Positions 12,801 to 41,779 of a stretch of DNA of 64,000 bases are shown here, one piece after another. Position 1 is the first letter of the stretch, and every line of letters starts with the position of its first letter. The notes under the pieces are model-generated. The model was not told the origin of the DNA. It searched no databases and saw nothing but the letters and a program-made list of their open reading frames with translations. The DNA is taken from positions 16,120,001 through 16,184,000 of the forward strand of contig NC_047025.1 of NCBI RefSeq assembly GCF_902652985.1. The letters run 5' to 3'. The stretch is from Pecten maximus. Taxonomy: Eukaryota. The translations under genes and the position numbers were made by a program.

Positions 12801-15800
12801 GTGGCTGTCATTGATGATGTCACCTGTGAATACACCAATCAAACGCCATGACATCCAACACTACACAACAATCAGCATCGATAGTGTAAAAGTGGTCTGA
12901 CTTCAGTGGAAAACTATTAACAAGAGGTACATGGTGCCTGCTTACCTCATCTGCTTTTGTAATATGAATTTGATAATCTTTAATTTGCTCAAAGAACGAT
13001 TAAAGTGACTTGTACATGCTGAATGAACATTTGTACCATTATAGTCAGGCAGAACATTGTAATACCTGTTGATGTTCTTGACCATTAGGTATTCCTCATA
13101 CCGAGGATTGTTTACTATGTGTTAAGGCAGCTATTGACATTATTCAAAAATATTTCTGCCACAAGGGACAGCCATCTGGGATTTTTAAATGCCATACAAA
13201 CAAGCATACTGAGTATTGTCTCCTACTGGTCCCCTCTAGCTACCATGGTCCTTAACAAGTGTCTGAAGCTTGATCCAAATCCATTTAGGAATGATGCCTC
13301 CAGAGCACTAACAATGATTTTCTAACAATTGTAATGGTGACCTTGACCCAACAACCCTGAACTCATATTTGTCCAAGATAATATGATCCTAAATAAGAAC
13401 CCATTAGTGTGCTGAAAAAAAGGATTTTTCTAAATAAGTTATGGTGACCTTGACCTTGATCTAACAACCCTGAAACATAAAATTGTCTGAGATGTTACAG
13501 TCCTTTGTAATTGTGTCAAGTTCGATCAAAATCCCTCAAGGAATGAAGCCGTGCTGACCAAGGATTTTCTAAAAATAGTATCAATGACCTTGACCTTGAT
13601 CCAATGACCCTGAATCTTAAACTTGTCAGAGATGATATGGTTCATTGAAAATGTATGAAGCTTGATCAAAATCTCTCAAAGAATGAAGCTGATAAAGCAC
13701 TTAAAAGGTTTTCTAAAAATAGTAACAGTGACCTTGACCTCCATCCAGCAACACTGAACTGAAGTCTATCTGAGATATTATGGTCCTTTATCATTGTGTG
13801 AAGTTCAATCAAATCCTTCAAGGAATAAAGCCACTAGAGTCGCTGTCAAAGGATTTTTTTAATATAGTTAGAATGACATCCACTGTGACCCAAAATCCCA
13901 GAAACTCGAACTTGTAGAGATGCTAAAGTCCTTTTTCCTTTGTTAAAACATATTAAGATTAGTTCTTACATCTAAGTTAGCCTTCTTCTAACTTTAGTAC
14001 ATTTTACATACATGGCTTTCTTAATATGTACATTTAATTAGAATATTTTAATTAAATAACTTGAATTAACAAAATGAATTGTTATAATTTGTTGACAGTT
14101 GTTTCTCTGTAGCTAGAACTATACTCAAGAGTATTAACCAAGGTTTTCACACCAGAACATGATGTAACAAGAAACAGTTTGTATCATTAATGTACTAACA
14201 TACATAGGTAGGTAAACGTTTTACTTGTTTTGTTCAAAAAATCTTGATTTCCCCAGGGAAGAGCATTTGGGTCAGTTCAGATCTCTGGACGATTTAGGTT
14301 CCCTAAGATTTCTTACCAGGAGATTTCTTACAATAGAGTAATATTGACATGTTAAGAAATAGTGATGTACATTTTCTACGTCAACACATAAACATAAATG
14401 GTTTTCACTGAGGTTAACTCTGAAATAGAAACAATGTCATGTTGTAAACAGCTTTTAAATGCAACAAGAGACAGAGATGTCTTAATAAAAGAAGCTGATG
14501 GTGTGTTTCGTATGTACTTGTAAAAGATGGATGCAGGAGAAATGTACAGTCCCAGCTGATTTCTCAGATAAGGAACTAAAAGTACCTTATTATTGCTATC
14601 AAGACACATAATAAAATTAATTTGTACAAAATGATATGAGACGTGAAATGTGTGTTAGACTATTTTTCCTATTAGAGCCAGCTGTCCCACACTGTCCAAA
14701 AGTCCAGCACACCTTTCATTTGTACAAATCTTACTCCTTTCGGCCAAGAAATATTTAATTAGGTCATTACATCTTTAATATACTGATGAAGTTTTTTTCC
14801 CAATATTGAACCCCATTTTCTTTATAACTGCATACCTGATTCCTCCTCCTCTAAGGTGCCATACATTTCAATAACACTGTAAAAGTATAGGTCACCTTAC
14901 TAGTTCTGGCTTTAGCCTATAGTGGTAGGATGTTTGCCTTAAGAGTGAGAGGTCACTAGCGCAAACCCCCACGCAGGCAGGGAACATTTCATTACTCCTT
15001 CCTATTACAACAAATTGAATCCCTCTGGCTGAGGGATAAGTCAAACATATCTGTACATACTGAATTGTGACTATTAAGCTTGATACGTTGTCTTTTCTCT
15101 CTGTTAGCAGAAATCCATAGCCAATGCTCCTAAACTATGTAATTATGGTGTATGTACTTATTGACAACATCTATAAAACAGTTCACATAGATTTAGAATA
15201 AATTACATAATTTGCAATAAAACATCAAAGAAACAAGTTGATGATATCAGTGTGCAAGTAATTTGTCATGAAAACAATGTCACCTTTATCTCTCAATAAT
15301 GACTTTCCAATACACCTGGATCCTGTTCCTATGGAAACCACATCTATATCATCACCTCCTAGATCATGATCACCACTGGGTTTGTTTTCTGTAAAACATG
15401 AAACTACATTCAATCCAACTTTTTTATATCTACACTTCTCAGGTAAACCTGTGTGAACTAGATAGTTCTTTAATTTAACAAAATTACATTATAAAGGTTG
15501 AAATTGAATACAGTCATATTGAATAATCTTAGCTGATAATACATGTATACTGAAAGGAAAAAGTGCAATAAAAAAATGCCCAGTTTATGAGAAATGAAGA
15601 TATATAGAATGTAATAATGGTATAATTAATAGACATTTGCTTTTGTTTAATGTCCTATTAACAGCCAGGGTCATTATTAATAATAAATTAAAATACAGGG
15701 AATCACTCTGTCATCTGTGAAAATTTCATCCATGTGCATTTGACGAGTGTACAAAATGTACATGGATGAAATTTTCAGACAACAGAGTGGTTCCTTATCT

Positions 15801-16143
15801 TTAAATTACACAAATTTTACATTCTATTACATCTTTTTTTTTACCATAGTAATTTTTTATTGCGTTTCTTTTTCCTTTCAGTCTATTGATAAATATTAAG
15901 AATGACCACATCTATGATGCCCGAGACATGTATTGACACAGTAGAGATTAACATTTATATACTAATAATTAAAGTCAAGCTACTGATCATACCAGTATCA
16001 TTGCTGACGGTCATGACAACAGCTGCCATTAAGGTCCATTCCTTGCCCTTTTGTGGTTTTCCTTCCCTGGGTAGATGTTGGTACTGTAGATAACACCTGT
16101 CAGCTACAGTATCAGCAAAGTGTTGTCCTCTATTGACTGCCAT
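6826..16143 (-). CDS. ADAT1: tRNA-specific adenosine deaminase 1 (A37 of tRNA-Ala), ~555 aa; 9 coding exons; frame break in exon 5
   Basis: Exons 16143-15993, 15388-15284, 12823-12769, 12047-11920, 11639-10941, 10747-10566, 8446-8344, 7264-7178, 6982-6826. Introns are GT-AG with matching phases, except that exon 5 is 1 nt off. Motifs [80 protein letters not shown] and YQAAW...SWVHKP are present; there is no dsRBD, which favours ADAT1 over ADAR. Confidence 0.93.
7720..7920 (-). mobile_element. HINE-type MITE fragment (same family as 12919-13930 and 36210-36425)
   Basis: Shares the unit GTGACCTTGACC...GTGTGAAGTTTGATCAAAATC...GGAATGAAGCC with those loci. Confidence 0.55.
8152..8327 (-). mobile_element. 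tRNA-derived V-SINE
   Basis: Minus strand has A box TGGCACAGTGG, a B-box-like GATTTGATTCC, then the V-domain GGGTTTTCTCTGGGTACTCCGGTTTCCTCCCACAG. Confidence 0.75.
8679..10346 (-). mobile_element. Full-length HINE/Helentron MITE carrying ~9 copies of a 155-bp satellite unit (ADAT1 intron 6)
   Basis: Ends ACAAGAGATCCCagaGGGATCT (hairpin) and TAGCCCACCATC..GATGGTGGGCTAAAAAA; (GGAC)n at about 10238-10290; units start at 9001, 9156, 9311, 9466, 9621, 9776, 9931 and 10086. Confidence 0.85.
12175..12630. repeat. Degenerate ~38-40-bp minisatellite in ADAT1 intron 3
   Basis: Repeated ATTGTAAATCT..AACCTTCAGGAATTTC.AACTAGC motif. Confidence 0.7.
12919..13930 (-). mobile_element. Degenerate HINE-type element with GTGACCTTGACC internal units
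   Basis: AACAAG plus hairpin AGGTACatgGTGCCT at the start; units near 13337, 13444, 13585, 13728 and 13886. Confidence 0.6.
14878..15009 (+). mobile_element. Old tRNA-containing solo LTR (Helenus-like TRIM)
   Basis: TGTAA...TTACA ends, flanks ACAC/ACAA, and an internal degenerate tRNA-like sequence (TAGCCTATAGTGGTAGG...GCAAACCCC...GGCA). Confidence 0.4.
15690..15805. mobile_element. Palindromic (fold-back) MITE, Crypton-like
   Basis: GGAATCACTCTGTC..GAAAATTTCATCCATGTGCATTTG pairs with CAAAATGTACATGGATGAAATTTTC..ACAGAGTGGTTCC. Confidence 0.55.
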
Positions 16144-16410
16144 TATAGATCCTGACAAATCTCACCCCAACCTTTTTTTTTCAAAATCCTGGTCATCCCT
16201 ATTAAAATACATGTTCTTTTGAAGACGACAAGATTAAAATGGTATTTTGTACTGATTTTTCATGATTGGAAACAAATTTCCCTCCATTATAATGACTCTA
16301 GAGATTCTGAAAAATGAGTGTTAGTACCAAAAGAATTGCATTGGATGCGCTGTGTGTCTATATATAGTGGCAATGAGAATTCACTATTGCATTGCTTCCT
16401 CTCACTTTAA

Positions 16411-16862
16411 CAGGTTTGAGAAAACCACCAACTTGCGTATACATGGTAATACGCAAACTTGCCTATTACATGCCTAATTATCAAATTAAGGTAATAGCTT
16501 TGATACTAAAAATAGCAAAAATCTCTTTAAGCATATCATTTTAAAAGTCACATTTACTTAGTCATGAAACATCAAACAAGTGCAAAAAATAAAAATCATT
16601 TGCACGTTGGAAAGTACCAAAAATTGATGCAATACTTCTGTTAGAGTAACAATCAAACTTCTAATTAGAAAACGCTTTCAGTTAACATATTTTAGTAAAA
16701 TATTATTCATCTTGTCACTAATTAGTACGCCATTAAACATTGTATTGCATTTACTGTTTTAGCGATTTTAGTTTTTTTTAATCAACAAACCATACTCCAA
16801 CTGGCGTATAATATTTGCGAGTTTGCGGATTACCTAAGTAAGTTGGCAGTTTTTGTAACCTG
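16411..16862. mobile_element. MITE with imperfect CAGG...CCTG TIRs (hAT-like ends)
   Basis: Left CAGGTTTGAGAAAACCACCAACTT..GGTAATACGCAAACT versus the reverse complement of the right end, CAGGTTACAAAAACTGCCAACTT..GGTAATCCGCAAACT. No clear TSD. Confidence 0.5.
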
Positions 16863-17004
16863 ACAATAGGCCTATACAAGTCAAGCATAGCCAAGACCTA
16901 TTAGCTTTGTAAGACAGTTAATTTGTTCCTGGACAAAATAAAATGCCATTCATTCAGCATTGGAAATGTTTATATGGATATCATGTGGCTGTACCACGAA
17001 CAAT

Positions 17005-17163
17005 TGTAACAAGAGCGCAGGATAACTTAATTTAAATCACTGCCTCCACTAGGGATCGAACCTGGGACCTCTAGCTTACTAGTCTTACGCTCAACCGATC
17101 GAGCTAAAGAGAAGATCTCTCTAGCCGAGCAATATATTGCGGCTAGTATTTACCAGGGTTACA
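17005..17163 (-). mobile_element. tRNA-containing solo LTR (Helenus-like TRIM), 159 bp
   Basis: TGTAAC...GTTACA termini; 4-bp flanks CAAT/CAGT; antisense tRNA-Thr(AGT)-like sequence with A box TAGCTCGATCGG and B box GGTTCGATCCC; absent from the paralogous segment at about 20080-20130. Confidence 0.65.
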
Positions 17164-17484
17164 CAGTTATTAGCAGACGTTTTTTCAGAGCCATCCAACT
17201 ATTTTTACAGGACTTATGATAGCAATGCCCAAGCAAATTTTTTTTATATATTCTAGAAGTAATTTTGAGTAATTTTCTTGAAGAGTATCACCACCTGATT
17301 GTTAAACAGCAATCAGCCATTTAATATAAAGGATGTTCAGTGTCATTTATTATTGGGAAAGAGATGTTCAGACAATTTATTCTTACAGAATATCCCTTCT
17401 AACACAGACAAGCAACAAAATAAAGAGGTTTTTTTTGTTTTTTGTTTTTGTTTTTTAGAGTAATTACTTCACTTGTCAATGTAT

Positions 17485-18759
17485 TCAGCTGATCTTGATG
17501 CCATTCGTTTATAATTCTTAGAAATCATGTTAATAGGATTGGAAATCACTTTTCATTTGTGCACTGAATACTTTTAAAGCTGAGTTTTTTTCTGGCTAAT
17601 ATAACACTAGATATGTAGAAAATGATTTCAGCAACAAAATCAACATTATTAAAATAATATCAGAATCATTGATGTTGCATACCTGTACATCAAATTGTAA
17701 TAGGTCTCCAAAAAAAACACCAAATACAATGTCAATAATTAATATACTGCAAACGTTTCCTAGTTTGAAACTAGTTTTGAAAAAGACTAATGTATACCAC
17801 GACAGGCCTATACAAGTCAAGCATAGCCAAGACCTATTAGCTTTGTTAGACAGTTAATTTGTTCCTGGACAAAATAAAATGCAATGCATTCAGCATTGGA
17901 AATGGTTTTTTTTTCATATTTTTTAATTTTTAAAGACATTTTAATACATACATGTAAATACATAAGAATCACACACACAAACACACATCGATTCCAATAT
18001 GTATGGTTTGCCATCATCATAATCATAATTTCATCCTCACTGTCCTCATAACCTATATTCTTCATCATCATAATCTCATCATCCTACTTAAACATTAAAA
18101 TCATCATCATAAAAATAATCATCATCATAATATCATCATCATACTAATCATCATCATACTCATCACCATCATCATCATAATCATCATAGTCATCATAGTC
18201 ATCATCATCATCATTATCATCATATAACCATCATAATCTTATCATCATCAGTCATCATCATAATAAATCATCATCATAATCACATCATGATATCATCATC
18301 ATCATAATCTTATCATCCTCATCATCCTCATCATCATAAACTTCTTCATCATAATCTTAACATCATCATAGTCATCATCATCATCATCATATAATCATCA
18401 TCATCATCATCATCATATACTCATCATATAATAATAATCATCATTATACTCATCATCATCATCATCATCAATTTAATTACAAGGATGAATACATACAAAC
18501 CATACATACTCCTATACATGTATACATATTCTGATAAGCATACATCCATCCCACACACACATACATATTCAGTTTCCTGGTAGCCTGATCAATCCTGTCG
18601 AGGGCTCAGCTTCTGTGTTGGTCATATCAACTCTTGCCACATCAACTGAGTCATCGGCACCATTGACCAGGCTCCACACTGATTGCACTATTTATATATA
18701 GCATATACACACAAAACATACATACACTTTCTAAACAATGTCATACGTATACCCACATT

Positions 18760-18806
<47 letters not shown>

Positions 18807-20078
18807 TGTAATTATTAAATTTATCTGAATGGTGAGTTAAATTTAAAAATAGATTATTTCTTTTTTTTTTTGAAAATAGAAGCATCAGATGGCATTTGTC
18901 AGGGACTGGTGAAGGACTCTGAGATTAACTCAATTTACTCAAGACTGTCCAATGATATAATTGTTGTTATAATAATATATGTATATAAATAGTAAAGCAA
19001 ATACCAATATTAGAATAAAGTTACACAGACGGAAATTAACATTTTCATGTACTTTTTGATTTCATATATTATATACAGAATGTACATGCATGTACAATAG
19101 TAAGCATGTCATTGTAAAATTTGTATTAATTTTTCCCACTTCTTCCAATCATTCTTAAATTTTTCTTTCGCTCCCTACCCTTTAATGTTAGTGATGTATT
19201 TCTGTACTTTATAGTGATCAAGTATAGAATAAATCAATGCATTGATGTTAAGAGACTTATGCAGACATCTAGTTCTGTAAATATATTGCTTCATTAGTAG
19301 AATTATTTGATTGTCAATTTTGTATAATGCTGGGTTACAAGTATTAATCTTGCCAAAAAGTATTGTTTGTTTGTTTAAAGTAAAAGGAATAAAAAGAGCT
19401 TCCAATAACAATTCTAAACTTTGTAAAAGATTTTGAACTTGATCACATTCCCAAAATAAATGTTCAATGGTTTCTCTTTCAGAGTTACAAAGATTACAAA
19501 GAGGACTATCTACAAGTTTTACTTTAAAAAGAAAGGAATTGGTGGTTAGAATATGGTGGAAAACTCTAAACTGTAACCACTGAAGTTTTGAGTTTTTAGT
19601 AATTTGATAAGGCAGTGTGAGCATTGGAAATGTTTATATGGATATCAGCTGATCTTGATGCCATTCGTTTATAATTCTTAGAAATCATGTTAATAGGATT
19701 GGAAATCACTTTTCATTTGTGCACTGAATACTTTTAAAGCTGAGTTTTTTTCTGGCTAATATAACACTAGATATGTAGAAAATGATTTCAGCAACAAAAT
19801 CAACATTATTAAAATCATATCAGAATCATTGATGTTGCATACCTGTACATCAAATTGTAATAGGTCTCCAAAAAAAACACCAAATACACTGTCAATAATT
19901 AATATACTGCAAACGTTTCCTAGTTTGAAACTAGTTTTGAAAAAGACTAATGCATACCACGATAGGCCTATACAAGTCAAGCAAAGCCAAGACCTATTAG
20001 CTTTGTTAGACAGTTAATTTGTTCCTGGATAAAATAAAATGCCATGCATTCAGCATTGGAAATGTTTATATGGATATC
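17485..20078. repeat. ~433-bp tandem duplication whose first copy is interrupted by a LINE
   Basis: 17485-17904 plus 19633-19647 is nearly identical to 19645-20078. A further partial copy lies at about 16866-17003. Confidence 0.85.
17905..19619 (-). mobile_element. 5'-truncated L1/Tx1-clade LINE with a 13-bp TSD
   Basis: TSD AGCATTGGAAATG at 17892-17904 and 19620-19632. The ORF2 C-terminus has a zf-RVT motif (CNLCNSERETIEHLFWEC). A-rich tail at 17905; (ATC)n-like and (AG)n tracts in the 3' UTR. Confidence 0.85.
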
Positions 20079-21604
20079 ATGTGGCTGTACCGCAAACAAG
20101 GACTCAAGATTTTGTTGGTTATTAGCAGACGTTTTAGGTTTAACTTTTAATAAAAAAAGGTTACCTGGTCTGATCATATATCAAATATTTTAGCCCTAAG
20201 GATTACAACAGGTCTAAGAAAATGTACATATCACCATGTACTTTATTCAGAAGAAAATTAGATGATTTTTTCAGTGCATCTAAACAAATCAAAAGATGGA
20301 TTTGTAGTCTATGTCCAAGGAAATATATTTAACCATGATATGGCATATTGCTACTATCAATACATTGGCATTTTGATGCACATAAAATGAATGTTATCTA
20401 AAAAAAAATGGAACAAGAGACATGGCCTAACTTGGGGTTTGGTTAGGTGTCCCTGGTGAGTGGGACAGGACCCGCGGTTAATTCGTGACACTCCAGAACT
20501 TAGCAGAACTTGCAGAAGTAACTCACTTTGACTCAGTTTACACGATAGGCTAAGTTATGACAGATGTTGATCTAGGACCTCTAAACATTTCTCATTTCCC
20601 TTTGACAAAGACAGTTTTTCATTCACTATAGGTCCTACATGTATTAAACATTTGCAAGTCCGTCATGATTTTGTGCCTGAAACGTTAATTTAGAAATAGA
20701 CAAACTGGTTTGTCAGCATAAAACGAACATACACCAAGTGTGTTTACTTCAACTTACGCCATGTGTGTTGATACAGGAAACAGAAATTACTAATAGAAGG
20801 GAGGTAACTCCCATATAGTCTAAACGTTACCGTATTTATGTAATAGAAACATGCCAATGTCAAATTTGTGAACTGTGCATTTTTTTCTGTCCGAGAGTTT
20901 TGGAAGATAATACCTGTATATAGAATATATTGTGTTATTTTCACTTATTACATGTATTATAATTATATATTCTCTTATTTTCTCAAAAAGGAAAGAACAG
21001 AATAAACACAATTATATTAAAATCAGACTATAATCATATAAATGTGCAGTTATTTTGCAAGTAAAAAGAACTGAATAATATTCATAAGAAAGTATATTTA
21101 GACTTGTATCAACGTTATGAAATATACAATAGCTTGATTCACACCAATGCCACACATGCTACTAATTTGTGGAAGGATCTGTACTTCTAGTTTCTTTTAG
21201 CGTCTATGGTCTCCTGTATATACGGTAAAATTATGCAGTAAATAATATCTAACCTACACTGTATCAGCAGTTACATAGGAACCTTGGCAAGTGTTTACCT
21301 TAACAATGTGCATTAATCATTTGATCATCCTGGAAAGGTCAGAAATACATGAACCGTATATAATAAGTGACCTATAATTTGAACATTGCAACCATAGGCT
21401 AGAAATACATACTGGTAATTTATATGTACATGTATATCTGGTTTCATTAAGATATTTTTAATGGTTTTGAACCTACAACCAAAACAAGTTTGGGACAGAG
21501 TGACTAAATTTCAGCATAAGTTTTGCCTGCATGTAATGCATATGTTATGAGGTTTTAACAAGACACGGTCTTGTGAGTTATTATGTTAAAAAGCAACATA
21601 TTTA

Positions 21605-21811
21605 GCAAGTGGTTAAGGTGTCCCGACACTTTATCACTAGCCCTCCACCTCTGGGTTGCGAATTTCGAAACCCATGTGGGGCAGGTGCCCTGTACTGACC
21701 GTTAAGGCCATTGGTTTTTCTTCGAGTACTCTGGCTTTCCTCCACCTCCAAACCATGGCACATCCCTAAATGACCCTTGCCGTTAATAGGACGTTAAACA
21801 GAATAAACCAA
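21605..21811 (+). mobile_element. tRNA-derived V-SINE (second family), 5'-eroded
   Basis: GTGGTTAAGG...TTCGAAACCC head, V-domain TTTTCTTCGAGTACTCTGGCTTTCCTCCACC, tail AAATGACCCTTGCCGTTAATAGGACGTTAAAC; homologous to 31079-31277. Confidence 0.75.
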
Positions 21812-23357
21812 AATTTGGTATTGAAAGGGGCAATAACTTTGTCAAATGTAGGTGAAATTTTAAACATACTAATACTATAAACATTATCAAACACTGGTGT
21901 CTACCTTGTTGTGCAGCATGAGCAAGTTATCTTATATTTCACCGACATTTGTGTTGTACTCTGTACTAATCATGTAAATGTCATTTGTTCTGGACTTCAG
22001 AAAATTTCATTTTCTTGCCATAGATGTCAGTTGATGTCTCTCATATTGACAAGAATCAAACTTATTAACAACAAATAGAACATCTATTTCAGTAACATAA
22101 CTTTATTTACAGAAAACACAATGAACTTATAATACACACATCTGATAAAAATGATGAAATAATGTCATGATTACAGGATTAAGAAAACTGCTGGAAAAAA
22201 GTGTACTGGAACAGATTGATGCTAATGGCTCAGATATTCCCATATATGTTCACCATTGCTTCTGATTACATGTTGACCAGGTAGTGCCATTAATGCTAGA
22301 TAAAACTTAATTAAATTAAAAAAAATAACAGAAATACAAACTGGATTATGGTACTGTACATACAAAATCAGAACAAGTCATATCAATTTTTTTCAATTAC
22401 ACAGAACAGGAAGTTATAATAATTTCTTTATCAACATAAATCTAAAATTTCTAATGTTTTTTCTAATTTTACTTTTATAGGTTAAGTTCACAGATGAGTT
22501 ATTGAGAATGTTCATTGCCAAAATAAAATTTGATATGTTGAGGATGAATATAGTTATGCTTGCAATGGCTGGGAACATTTCTATCCTAACATTAATAAGC
22601 ATAAAAGAGAACTAGTGTTTAATGCATAGCTACAAGCTACAGATTTTTGTCATTATAACTGCCATCAATTATCAAACTGATAAAAACCATCATTCCTGGA
22701 GTAAAACCTATCATACTGTACATAGACATGTAAATTCTGAGACACCATACATTTATTCATAACACATTATTAACACCACATAACTTGATCACTGTCCTCA
22801 ACATCAGCTGATAATTTCCTACCTAAAACATCTAGGCAGGTCCATAAGAGGACACTCATAAGTAGATTTTGAAATCAATATCATATCTGTGACATCTTGG
22901 AATGTAACATACAAATGTCACAACAGTCTGGTTAATCTGTATTTAAATGCAAAAAAATGCTTGTTCTTTAGCCATAAGATTTACTGAATTTAAATAGATA
23001 CAATATCCCTTTTTCATAATTATTAAACGCAAGAAGCTAATGAAACCACCTTAAATAAGAGTCATTATCACAATAAAATCACATTAAAATATTATCCATA
23101 ATTAATATGTGGTTCAAATTGCACATCTATCTTAAGTCTTTATTAAACAACTGCTTTTTCTCCATCTGTTAATTAAGTACACCGACTTTAAAATTAATTA
23201 TGTTTGCCTGGATGCACTGGTAATATATTATTTAACCAAAACTTGCTATAAAAACACAATCTAAAATGGTTCTGTCCATAATGATAACCAATAATGGATA
23301 CACTGTCTAATGTCCACAGCATTGTGACCAGTGATTACGTGAACATAAAGATAATCA

Positions 23358-28862
<5,505 letters not shown>

Positions 28863-29087
28863 CTTGTTGCCGATGACGATAAACTTGTGTCAAACAACTA
28901 AGTGGTGACAACTGTAAACAAGACAGCAGCTGCCTGGGATTTATGCGTCAAAATGGTTCGCTTGTGTTCCTGTGATCTATGACGTCATAACAGGAAGTGG
29001 GCAACGTTCGGTAGATCTCTAGAGGTTATCATACTGAATGGCTAAAGTCCAAAGAGACACAATTTTACGATTTCCAAACGAAGAAAA
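28863..29087. promoter_or_regulatory. Bidirectional promoter shared by GABARAPL2 and PRPF4B
   Basis: Divergent ATGs 225 bp apart; GTAAACAA (28914-28921), TGACGTCA (28980-28987), CAGGAAGTG (28991-28999), and AAAATGGCG over the PRPF4B ATG. Confidence 0.75.

Positions 29088-41779
<12,692 letters not shown>

Noticed and set aside
12817-15285. AGGTGACAT repeated at both ends of ADAT1 intron 2 as a sign of recent intron gain
   Set aside because: AG|GT is splice consensus, leaving only ~5 extra matching bases; chance is sufficient.
17041-17112. Functional tRNA-Thr gene
   Set aside because: The acceptor stem does not pair, and the sequence is embedded in a TG..CA element with a TSD.
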